Of a stretch of 20,000 bases of DNA, positions 9,141 through 19,780 are shown one piece after another. This stretch comes from Vezdaea acicularis (taxonomy: Eukaryota): the NCBI GenBank assembly GCA_026025075.1, contig JAPEUI010000039.1:112725-132724 (forward strand), read 5' to 3'. The notes under the pieces are model-generated. The model saw only the letters and a list, made by a program, of their open reading frames with translations, had not been told where the DNA came from and made no database searches. Positions within the stretch are counted from its first letter, which is position 1. Each line of letters begins with the position of its first letter. The position numbers and the translations under genes were made by a program.

Positions 9141-12112
9141 ATGGATAGCCTCTCTGGCTTTGACTGGCCTTCCCAACCTTCGCACGCGAGCAATCAGACA
9201 GCTCATGTCAAATATCCAACCCTACAACCTACTCCATCCCCAGTGAGCTCAGGCAGAGCTTCTCCACTACCCAATCAGTCATCAACTCTGGGCAATCCCC
9301 CGAAAGGCTCAAGTGGGTCGAAGGATAGCTTCTCAACCCTTGTTGCATTTGGATCGGCAAAGTCGACGAACAATTTATCCCTCCAGGAACGCCAAAAGCA
9401 GCTTCAAGAGCAGAAGCTTGCACAGGAATCAGAGAGGAGGAAGCAGTATGAATCACAATTTGGAGCGCAGAATGCTCAGTTTTGGGACACATGGGAGGGC
9501 TCAGGGTCGAAGAACCCCGCACAAACGAACTCTGGGCTGAGCAAAACGATCACCGCGAATACGATACGTTCCGCTCAAGAGGAGGAGGACGATCTATTGT
9601 CCGCTTTCTCATCAGAAGCGCCTGTCAATTCGTCGTCATACTTTCCGCCGCCTGTATCTACCAGGGAAAGTAATACTCCAAGTGGACTTCGTGCAATCAC
9701 TCCACCATATCCAACTGCTAAGAGTGGAGAGGGTTCTTCTCCAGGGAAGGCGTTTGTTGGGACATTCACTCAAGATGATAATGACCCTTTCGGACTAGGC
9801 AGCCTGCCAATCAAAAAGGTTGCATCTAATGCTACTAAAGCGCCCCAAGAAGTCGCTACCAATAATGACGACGACGACGACGACGTCTTGGGCCTTCTTG
9901 GGAAACCAATCTCAGATTTGCCAAAGCCCACAACGCCAAAGGCCATCCTAAGCTCGAATATCAACACTCAGAATGCAGTTCTCCGGCCAGCAAGCTCTCA
10001 AGACGGGCCAGTTGCAGAGCTTGTTGATATGGGTTTCCCAGAAGAAAAAGCACGGCGGGCTTTGGCGGAGACGGACTCTGGAATCAATGTTCAAGCTGCT
10101 GTAGGCATATTGCTCAACAAGGCGCACGAGGAGTCAAGACAGAAGAACAAAGGGCAGCCACAGCTGAATGCTCGCTCTGGCGAGTCTACCGACAGCACTT
10201 CAGGCCTAGATCGAAGTCAAAAAAGGGGGGCAGGTGCTGATGCAGGCGACAGATTGCCTGCTTGGATGCAAGGTGAGGTTCGCTCAGGCTCAAGGCCACG
10301 TCGAAAAGAGACAGACTCTCCAGCCGATAGCGAGAAGGATATCTCCCAACTTGCGTCTGAAGTTGGGAGCAATCTCTTCAAGTCTGCTAATTCACTGTGG
10401 AATACAAGCCGCAAGAAAGTCCAAAAAGCAGTGGCAGAGTTTCAACAAGAGGGAGGCCCAAGTCAACCCAAGTGGATGCGAGACGCACAGCTACAAGCTG
10501 AGAGTGGACGAGCACCCGCAGACAATGAAGATTATGGCAGCAATTCCCGAAGCAGCAAGGAATCCCGGACTGCTCACACGAATAGGTCTGAGAGTGTAAC
10601 AGACGAGGCAATGATGCTGGAGATGGGGGGCACACGGCCGCCACCAAGGAAAGCAAAGATGAGTGGCGTGGAAACACGCTCAAGCACGACGTCTTCAAGA
10701 GACCAGTCCCCAGCTTTTGGACCCGAGTCGGCAGAACCACAAAGGGGCAAACCCGCTTGGATGAACGAACGCTCTGCATCCTCACAACGAGACCCTCGCT
10801 CAAAACTAAGTCGACAAACAATAGAGGAGCAAAGCTCCCAGGCCTACATCAGCCCCGCTCGCAGGAAAAAGACCTCAACACCACAGCCTCAGGACAAAGC
10901 ACGAGACGAGGACCTTCTTCCAGAACAGCCGTCCCGTCCTACGTCGACGCCTTCCCTCCAATCGCGCAATCCCTTCCAGCCCCTCACCAAACCAGCGCCA
11001 CCACCCAAACCCTCAAAGCCATCCTCCGCATCCATCCCCACCCGCCCCAAAGCCCCTCCCCGCCACATCCCCCCAACCTCCCAACACGCCCTCCAATCCT
11101 CAACGACGCACCGCCTCCGCGGCACCGACGCTTTCAAACGCGGCGACTACGCCGCCGCCCACACCGCCTACACATCCGCCCTCTCTCCTCTCCCCGAACG
11201 ACATCCCCTAACCATAATCCTCCTAACCAACCGCTCCCTCACCGGCCTCAAAACCGGCTCCCCCAAATCCGCCGCCGCCGACGCCGACGCCGCATTGACA
11301 CTCATCGGCCCCTCCCGTGGCGAAGGCGAGAGCATCGACACCGGCCCCGGCCCAAGTGGCGGCGCGAAGGACATGCACGCCTTCTACGCCAAAGCCCTAA
11401 CCCGCAAAGCCGAAGCGCTCGAACAGCTCGAGAAATGGGCCCAAGCCGCCACCGTATGGCGCACCGCCGTCCAAGCCGGCCTCGGCGGCCCCACCGCCAT
11501 CCAAGGCCGCGACCGCTGCGAAAAAGCCGCTACCGCCCCCCCCTCCTCCGCACGACATCCCGCCCCCGCTCGACCCCTCCAGAAGAAGAAACCCCTCCCC
11601 CCCAAAAGACCCCTCATCGATCCCACCAAATCCACCGAAGCCGTCTCCCGCCTCCGCGCCGCCAACGCGGCCGCCGAACGCGCCGACGACGAGAAATTCG
11701 CCCTCGCGGACGCCGTGGATGCCAGACTCGCCGCGTGGCGCGGCGGGAAGGCGGACAATCTCCGCGCGCTGCTCGGCAGTCTGGACAAAGTCCTTTGGGA
11801 GGGCGCCGGTTGGAAGAAGGTTGGTATGGCGGATCTGGTGCTCCCGGCGAAGGTTAAGCTCGTGTATATGCGCGGGATTGGCAGGGTGCATCCGGATAAG
11901 GTGGGTTGTTTACCTTTTCTTTGTCCTCTTGGGGGTGGTGGAGTGGAGAGAGGAGGGGGTGGGAGGGGGGTGATAGGGAAATGCAAGGGGGGCTAACGTG
12001 CATATGCCAGATTCCGACCAACGCGACGACGGAGCAGAAGATGATTAGTGCGGCGGTGTTTAGCACGTTGAATGAGGCGTGGGATAAGTTCAAGAAGGAG
12101 AATGGGCTCTAG
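9141..12112 (+). CDS. SWA2: Auxilin-like clathrin-uncoating co-chaperone (UBA + TPR + C-terminal J domain), ~953 aa, 2 exons
   Basis: Exon 1 is 9141-11900, the intron is 11901-12010 (GTGGGT..GCTAAC..CAG), and exon 2 is 12011-12112 (IPTNATTEQKMISAAVFSTLNEAWDKFKKENGL*). UBA: ELVDMGFPEEKARRAL. TPR: RGTDAFKRGDYAAAHTAYT..LLTNRSL. J domain: NLRALLGSL..VHPDK. DPF/NPF/DLL endocytic motifs lie in the disordered part. Confidence 0.92.
9867..9884 (+). repeat. (GAC)6 coding microsatellite encoding poly-Asp
   Basis: gacgacgacgacgacgac in SWA2 exon 1. Confidence 0.8.
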
Positions 12113-12319
12113 TGCGCGAGATGAGCGAGAGGGGGATAGAGAGGTTAGCGAGAGAGGCTCAGCTCACGCCTAGGCGAACGAGGACCTGCCTATTTCCTTG
12201 CAGATGGCTACGGCCATGTAAGACGTGCTTTGTCTTAGACTAGACTAGATGAGACGGGAGGTGATGAATTACTCCATAATATCGCTACCACGAACACGCT
12301 CAACCCCCCTCGGGACCTC

Positions 12320-14414
12320 TCACTCCCGCTCCACCCGCCCTCCCAAACCTTTTAAAGCGCGCCCAACCCTCTCAACCGCCATCCTAGCCTGCACCACTTC
12401 ACTCGCCCCCTCCAACCCCTCCCCCTCCCCCTCCCGTGCAGCAGCACCATCAACCACTTCCCCCACCTCCGCCTCCACCCCCCTCAGCGCCATTCTCCCT
12501 TCCTCTCTAACCGTATCTACCCACTCGCCTCTGACGCTTTCCCAACCATCCTGCAAGCGCCTAGCAGCCCACACGAGCCCAACAGCCGCCACGGCGCCGG
12601 CCTCGAAGAAGGACGCGTCGCCCGCGACCAGCACGAGGGCGGCGAGGGCGGAGCTAGCGCTTAGAGTGGAGAGGGCGCGGAGGAGGAGGGATTGGGCGGT
12701 GCGGTGGAGGGGAGGGATGGATGCGTAGAGGGAGTTGCGGGAGTGAGGGATTGTTTGGGGCCAGGGGCGAGGTGGGAAGAGAGGCGATGCGTGGGGATCT
12801 GTCTCGGCGGCAGCGGCGCGGTGGTAATCGGCCCACAGGACGGAAGTCAGGGGCGGAAGAGGGGCGCTTCCGAGGGGTCGTTGCTCCGACTCAACATCTC
12901 TCGCCGGGTCCGGAAGGGGGTTCTGCCACGCTGCGCGCTCGGGCGTGTCCCTAGACGAGTCGATGAGGCCGGCCTGCGCGAGCCGGCCGGCGAGGAAGAT
13001 GAGGTCTTTCTCGGCCTGGACGAGATAGCGGGAGCGCAGGATGTCGGCGCAGACGAGGGAGATGTCGTCGATGCGGAGGGGGAGTTTCCACCAGCTCAGC
13101 GAGCGCCAGGCGGGGCTGATGAAGGCGGCGTCGAGGGCGTCGCGGAGTTCGAGGTGGGATTGTTCGGACCAGGTGTGGAGAGCCTGGGAGAGGGCGAGGC
13201 GGGTGGATGGGGAGATGGTGGGGGAGGGAGGGTGCAAGTTTGGGGTGCGTTGGATGGTGGAGAGGGTGCTGGTTAGGAGCGAGGAGATTAGGGTCGTGAG
13301 GGCGGGGGAGAGTGAGGCCGATGTGGGTGTAGAGGGAGTGAGCCAGGAGAGGAGGGCGTGGAGTTGTTGCCTACTCTGCTGGGCTGGAGGGGAGGCGGGG
13401 GAGGCCAGGGCGTCGATGTCGATAGTCAGGAACGTCTCTTCGTGCCTCTCATTTGTAGTGACTGAAGAGGAGGCGGCGTTGAAGACCGCGGCGATGCTTT
13501 GACTCCCCGCGTCTGCAGCGATGCCACTCAGGGACCTCCCATAAGCCACGGCCCCGTCGATGCCTTCTCCGCACAAGATCGCGCGGTGGACGGGGTAGGT
13601 TACACGCGTATGGCGGCCGGTACTTGACGCTGGCGTTTCCAAGGAGGGGACGAGCGCGGCATCGGCGGTGAGCTGGGTCACGGACGAGTCGACGTTCGTG
13701 TTTATGCTTGTGACGAGGAGCTCGAGGTTGTTATCCCGTAAGAGAGGCGAGGGGACGTTGAGAGTTGCCAGGAGGGGGTTTTGCTGCACAGGATCCCCGG
13801 TATCACCGTACCTACGGCGCCGTCAATACACTATCCATAAAGCTTCCGCGTAGTTGACCCACCTAACCAGAAACGCCCTCCCCTCATCCCTCCCCAGCGC
13901 CTCAATCCGCTCCTCCCAGTCCTCCACTGGCGCCGACGACTCCGCCAACAGCGCCTTCACCAACCTCCTCGCAGCAGCCTGACTATCAATCCCAAGCACT
14001 ACACCACAGTCTCCATCAGCACTCGTCCCCCACAAATCCCCACCGGACGAACCTACCAGCAACCCTGACGACCGGGCTCCTCGCCTCCAAGCCCCTAAGA
14101 GCCAACTGCAGCCTGCTGAGATTGACATAATTGGCCGCCTTCCCCTTCAACTCGCCGAGCGCCTCAAAGAGCTCTCTCCTCTCCGGCAGTACCTCGCTCG
14201 TAGGATTAATCGCCGTGCGCGAAGCAACAGTCGACGCTGGGCGACTGTAACGCAAGGACTGATGGACGTTGGCGCGTCCGCCATTGAGCAGCCTCACACG
14301 CGGTGCAGTCCTCGAAAAACATCTGACGGAGCGAGCTGCACATGACGGTCTTTGCAGTGAGAGTCTGAGACTCCGCAGGAGTGCTGGAGAGGGGATTGGT
14401 GTTCGAGAAGGCAT
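12320..14414 (-). CDS. Conserved fungal Mmc1-like protein with probable mitochondrial presequence and C-terminal hydrophobic hairpin, ~661 aa, 3 exons
   Basis: Exons 14414-14057, 13998-13863, 13811-12320; introns GTAGGT..GCTGAT..TAG (58 nt) and GTGGGT..TTGAC..TAG (51 nt) join three ORF-track fragments in frame. The N-terminus is R/S/L-rich and acid-free (..ARSVRCFSRTAPR). Motifs YVNLSRLQLAL, YPVH, W..LSWWKL..RIDD and AVGLVWAARRLQ..WE match my recollection of the Mmc1 family. The family name is less certain than the gene model. Confidence 0.8.
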
Positions 14415-14951
14415 TGGTGGAGAGGTATGGAAGAGGTTTTTTTTGGCGGGTTTGAGGGAAGCTTGAGCTCGCTACAGTAGCGCAGTCGAACAGGGACGGA
14501 CGAACGGGACAACCTCCGAGGGGAGCGCCCGATCAGGCAAAGCAAGACATCGAGATGCACACGGCAAACACACTTGTCCAATAACATCGACCAAAACAGA
14601 ACCAAGATCGATCGATCGCATAGGTTACGGACTAATCCAATGATCTATAAAACGCAGCCGGCCTTCCCGTAACACAGCGTTCTAGAGCGTTACACAGACA
14701 GAGCCTTGCCCTCCCAAAAAAATGTAGAAAGTAGTCTTATCGGACAGAAAGTAGAGCTCTTCTGAACGCCTGCCTGAGAACTATACCAAACAAGCCGTCC
14801 CGGAAATAACTCCACCGTAGTCCCTAGTCCTGAAAGCTGCCCGCCTGCCTGATTGCCCATCTCATTGTATGTACACTCTCAGACACTCTTATTCATTCGC
14901 GGATAAACAACCGTGAAACCAGCCCCACTCCTTATCCAACAGCGTCTGCTA

Positions 14952-17289
14952 TTAGTTACCTTGACTAGTGCTCCGCCTCAGTTCGAAGTGCGGCACATAA
15001 TCAAACCCATCGGTTTGGGCGTTGTAGCGGTAAGCTTTGAAGTCGACGCCGTATGGTTTCTATATGTGCGTTAGTTGTTAGTTCCCCGTAAATGAAATCA
15101 ATCCTTTAGGGCATGGAAAAACCATCAATGAAAAAGGGAACTTACTGGTTCAAGCATGTACAAAACGCCCAGCGGCGCATCCAAATCGGCGACATCTTCC
15201 CGCTTCAGGCCCTTGAAATACGCCAGCAAGACGCGGACGACGCTCCTGTGGCCGACGAGGAGCACGTGGTCGGTCATGCGTTCAACCTCAACGATGACGG
15301 CCCGGAGACGGTTGATGATGTCGAGATAGCCCTCGCCGCCCTGGCCCGGGTAGCGATAGTGGAGCTTATCATGTCTTCGGAGCTCGTACTCGTCTTTGTG
15401 CCTGTGCTTGATCTCCTCATACGTCATCCCGTCCATCTGCCCGGCGTTTAGTTCGTCAAGCATGCGCATCTGCTTGATGTCGAAGTCTTCATCATCGAAG
15501 AAAGCGGCCGTCTGGATGCTCCTCTGCAACATACTCGTCCAGACGCAGAAACTCTTTTCCCCTTCCGCTGCATCGCCCTCAGCCCCAACGTACTGCGGAT
15601 TAGGCGGCGTCGTATCGCCAGGCAGGGGCGGGAAATGCGTCTGTGCCGCCTTGTCGCGCTGGCGGATGTCCCACAGTCTGCGCTGCTCGCCGATGAAGCG
15701 CGTGAGGGCGTGAGCATAGCGCTTCCCGTTCTCTGAAAGAGGAGAGTCGCCACCGATCTTGCCGCGGACATTATCGATGCTCTCACCGTGGCGCGTGATC
15801 CAGATCTGGCGTGGGGCGAGGTTGAAGTTGAGGAGGTAGTAGACGGTCTGCCCGGCGAGAAAGCCGCGGATGCGGTGCGAGACTACCTTGCGTCCGACAT
15901 CGATCATCTGCACATATTGCATGCCGTTCTTCTCCTCGTATTCGCCGAGGGGGACATAGGATTTCTCGTACAGCTCAACCCGCTTCCTGAAGTCGTTAAG
16001 GGAGGCCACAGGGTCTTGGTCTTTGTAGTCTGGGCCGCTGAGCTTGAGGCGCATGTTGGATTCGAGAAGCTGCTGGTCGACACAGAGAGACTCGAGGAAG
16101 AGGACGTTGAGCTCGGTCCCGGCGCGCTCACGGACGCGGTTGACGATTGCTTTTCGTCTTGCAAGGGTACTGTTCGTGGCGTCAAGGATGCCCACAGCGC
16201 CTCCTTCGTCAAGGACGTAATCCAAAAGCTCGTCTAGAGTTGCCATTGCGACTTGCTCCCGAATGATAGAAGCCCGGGTATTCTCCGGGTCGAAGAAGTC
16301 TGCGGATTGGTCCATCATCTCGAGCTCCGGCTCTTGTGCGACAGCCGCATGTGCAGCGCCAATATCGAGAGCAGGGAGCTGAGAGGCCGCTTCTCCATTG
16401 ATCAAGATTTTGGCGTTGATAGCAGCCGCATTGAGGGGACCGTTCTTGTTGGTGGAACTGAACCCGAAATCGAACGGCCGACTGCCAACTTGTCCGGGGG
16501 TAGTGGTCAATAGGCCTGGCTCATGCGCCACCTCCCTCCTCCTGGTTCCGACGTTGAAGATTCTCGTGTCATGTTGGAGCCAGTTCAGATATCGAGCCAC
16601 TTTCTTCGTGATATAGCTCTTCCCTCGGGCGGGTAGTCCGACCATCACGATGACCAACTTCGCTCCAATATCTCTCTGCGAGATTCTCCCGTCTGGAGAG
16701 GCCTTTGAGCGGGTGAGGCCGGGGATATCGAGGGTTGTGGGGCGTCTGCGCGCACAAGACGATGAGCGTGATGACTTTGATAACGGGTCACTGGCACACG
16801 ATGTTAGGAGATAAAAGAAGAAAGCCATGAGCGAAGTGCTCATGGGCAACTGAAAAAAAAAGAGATGTTTATATTCATGACAGGACCTTGCAAAGGGACG
16901 AGTCATGAAGAATTAAGGAACGCTCTGATAACTTACATTCTGGGACTGCCAGGAGCAGTGCTCGGAGCGCTGGGGCTCGGTGTATCTGTCAAGGCGGTCC
17001 CAAGCGTCTCGCGGTGTGGGGCAGGCCTTGCCTTGCCATCCCCGCCCTTTCCAGGCCCCTCGGGTGCCTTTCCATTTGTTGATCTTATTGGTATAGCCAA
17101 AGACTCTTGCTTTGGCCGTTTTTCCTCTATCTGTTGTTTGTTTGTGTTTGCAGTGGTAGCGTTGTTCATGATCACAGACCTTGCGATCTGTGAGTGAGTG
17201 CTCTGTTTGCGAACCGGTGTTGGGCGTTTGTCCGCTATGGTCTTTGCTGATTGTTGGGCTTCCAAAGTGGGGTCTGTAAGAAGAGGCAT
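14952..17289 (-). CDS. PFK26: 6-phosphofructo-2-kinase / fructose-2,6-bisphosphatase family protein, ~701 aa, 3 coding exons
   Basis: Exons 17289-16937, 16790-15146, 15059-14952; introns GTAAGT..CCTAAC..CAG (146 nt) and GTAAGT..ACTAAC..TAG (86 nt). Motifs: Walker A MVGLPARGKS, FNVG, LDATNST, and histidine-phosphatase WITRHGES. Last exon is KPYGVDFKAYRY...SQGN*. An alternative in-frame ATG lies at 17169. Confidence 0.93.
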
Positions 17290-18377
17290 GTACGCAGTGC
17301 GGAGGTTTTAGGTGATGTGGTTGTGTAGAATATCAAGTAGAGGTAGGGTAGGGAGAAATGTTTAATAGTGGAGCCAGAACACTGTTCCTGTGTTGAGAAA
17401 TGGTCGTTGTGTTCAGAATAACACGTGAACAACAACGGTGTCTCGTAGCAAGTGGATCTCCCACTTTGTCCGGTCCTGACCGCACACACTTTTCCAGTAT
17501 TGTACAGCGCCCACTACCTTGTTGAGAAAGCAAGAGGCTGAAATGCGTTATCTCCAAAACAAGACCAGAACAACGGCGCGCGATGGCAAGTCGATGTTTC
17601 GCCTTATGCTCTCCTCACAGCAGACGTCTCCCTATTCTTTTCTTTTCTTTTCGCACAGCTTAGATGACTACGTTGTCTGCTCAGCCTTCCCAGCGCAGCT
17701 CAACACCCAGCAGGGCGTGAGGAGCGCGACTGCTTGTGACTCTGCGGTCGAAATTAGCACTCAAAGAAAGAAGGAAGTCAAGCTGAGCTCTCTCTGTTGC
17801 GCGCGTGCGCCCAGGAGGGTTAATCCAGAGGAGGAGGGGTAGGTGGGGCAGAGAGAGAGGGAGAGCAAAAGGACGCGGAGCATAAATACCTCCGAGCGGA
17901 CGGGCTTTCTCTCGTCGGCCGAATGAAAGTGGCGTCGGTAGTGGTGGTTTGCGGCTGTTGCGGTTCTGTTGGCTGCGCAAGCGAATGCCTCACTCGCCGA
18001 CTGCGTGACTCGGCTCTGCGAAAAAACACAACGACCCCTCCTCCCGGAGTGAATGGTATGGAAGAGAGGAATGCAGGGCAAACAAACAAAGTAGCGCTTG
18101 TGTAGGTAATGAGCAATCGAGCGGGCGCGCAAGGAGTCGGAAGCAGCAGCAGCAGCGGAAGAATGAGGCTCCACGGCCAAAGGACACAGGCGCAGAGAAA
18201 CAGGGCCAAGCAGGTAAGAAAAAGCTTCCAGAACACGTCAGAATGTCGTCCCGGCCTCTCCTCTGCAACCAATCAAACGAGTCTAGCTCCAAGGGTAGAA
18301 AAGAAAGCAAAAAGACCCACGACCAAAAGAAAAGAAAAGAAAAGTAAAAAAAGTTCGAAGCGAACAGGCGACACGCA

Positions 18378-18401
18378 CCCAATGACGTGCGCGTGATTGG
18401 G
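18378..18401. promoter_or_regulatory. Inverted pair of CCAAT boxes enclosing a TGACGT (CRE/ATF-like) element in the divergent PFK26 / DUF202 intergenic region
   Basis: CCCAATGACGTGCGCGTGATTGGG, flanked by A/T tracts (18326-18352, 18436-18443). Motif match only. Confidence 0.4.
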
Positions 18402-19273
18402 CGCGGCATCGTCGGGCACTCCGTCCCCGTCGCGCTTTTTTTTGCTGAGACCTAACGCTCTTGGCCCTGCCCGCCAAGTGCCTCAACATATTAGCCGCGC
18501 TCCATTCCCACAATACCCCCCACCTACTACCTACCACCGCGACAACGAAGTCGAGGGTGAGAGCAGCTACTCGATGATCGGCTGCGCCATTCGCAGCCGA
18601 TATACACGCCGATGTCCCCGTTTGCCGCAGCAGCGCGCCGTGGACGAACCTGTCTGTCTCTCCCATTCGAGAAGCTATCTGCCAAGAGCCGGGCGTCTTG
18701 CGGCTCTGCCTCTTCCCCGATAGGCGAGTCCAGCATTAGCGCCAGCGCGCGCAGGACTTGCTTTTTGCTGCATCGTCATCGGCCTTTTTTCTTTTTCCGA
18801 TTAAACCCAAATTTTTGCTTTTTGAAGGAAATCTGCGAACCATTCGGAAAACACGCCGAAGATCACGCACGTGTCTGCTGAAACCCGCTGCGTGGAGGTA
18901 TGGAATTGTTATTGAGGGTGTAGGCGTGTTGCTCCCTGGGGTTACTTGGCGGTGGGATACCCTGGATGAGCTGGGGAGAAGAAATATATTAATGGGGGAG
19001 GGATATGTGCGATTCGTCTTTGGAAGTGGAAACGTGATTGATCGTCGGTATGAGGTGCACAACCCCCCTCCCCTTCCCCCTCGCGAGCCAGGGCGGCAGC
19101 GTCAGCGGCGGCGGCGGGAATAAGCGGTCCCGCCTCGGCTACATCGCTCGTGGGACACTCGGGTACTTTATGGTCACGACATTCCCATCTTCCATCTTCC
19201 GTATATCCTTCCTTCTACATACTGACCCCGATACCAATACCTTCGAATGCAGAATTAGCGAGAGTAGGATATC

Positions 19274-19780
19274 ATGTTCGAGGTACCCTCCCACTTCCCC
19301 TCCCCCGGCGTCAAACCTCTCCTCCTCCCCACCCTTCCCCCACAACCCCCCCACTAACACCCCCCACCCCTCCCCCAGCCGCACGCACCAGACCACTACC
19401 ACCTGCGCATGCACCGCGCGCGCTCCGTCGTCCTCACCCCCTCCGAGCTCGTCGAAGTCCGCGCCGCGCAACGCACCTTCGAAGGCGCCTACGTCCGCAC
19501 CGCTTTATCCCAATTCTCCTTCTCGCTCGTCGTGCTCAAAATCTTCACAGCCGAGTTCTACAGCATCGGCGCGCTGTTCGCGGTTTACGGCGCGGGAGTG
19601 CTGGGGGTGGGTTGGTTGAGGAGACAGCAGAGTAATCAACAGTTTTATGATGAGGTGGGTGATGATGGACTGGGACGGAAGAGGTTTAGGACGAGTGGGA
19701 ATGTGGTGGTGGCCTTGGTGGGACTGAGTGTGGTGGCGTATGCGACGTTGCTTGGGTTGGTGTGTAGGTTGAAGGCGTAG
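19274..19780 (+). CDS. DUF202 (YidH/Vtc1-like) small membrane protein, ~136 aa, 2 exons
   Basis: A 9-nt first exon ATG TTC GAG (19274-19282), intron 19283-19378 (GTACCC..CACTAAC..CAG) and exon 2 at 19379-19780, in frame with the track ORF. Motifs RAAQRTFEGAYVRTALSQFSFSLVVLKIF and RFRTSG, with three TM segments. Confidence 0.88.

Noticed and set aside
10757..11986. Long overlapping R/P-rich or G-rich ORFs (e.g. 366 aa at 10757-11857) and similar ones over 12249-13502
   Set aside because: These are shadow frames caused by extreme C/G skew (few stop codons) inside the real SWA2 and Mmc1-like CDSs.
17333..19123. Many 60-150 aa ORFs in the PFK26-DUF202 intergenic region
   Set aside because: Mostly non-ATG starts in low-complexity sequence, better explained as leader and promoter DNA.
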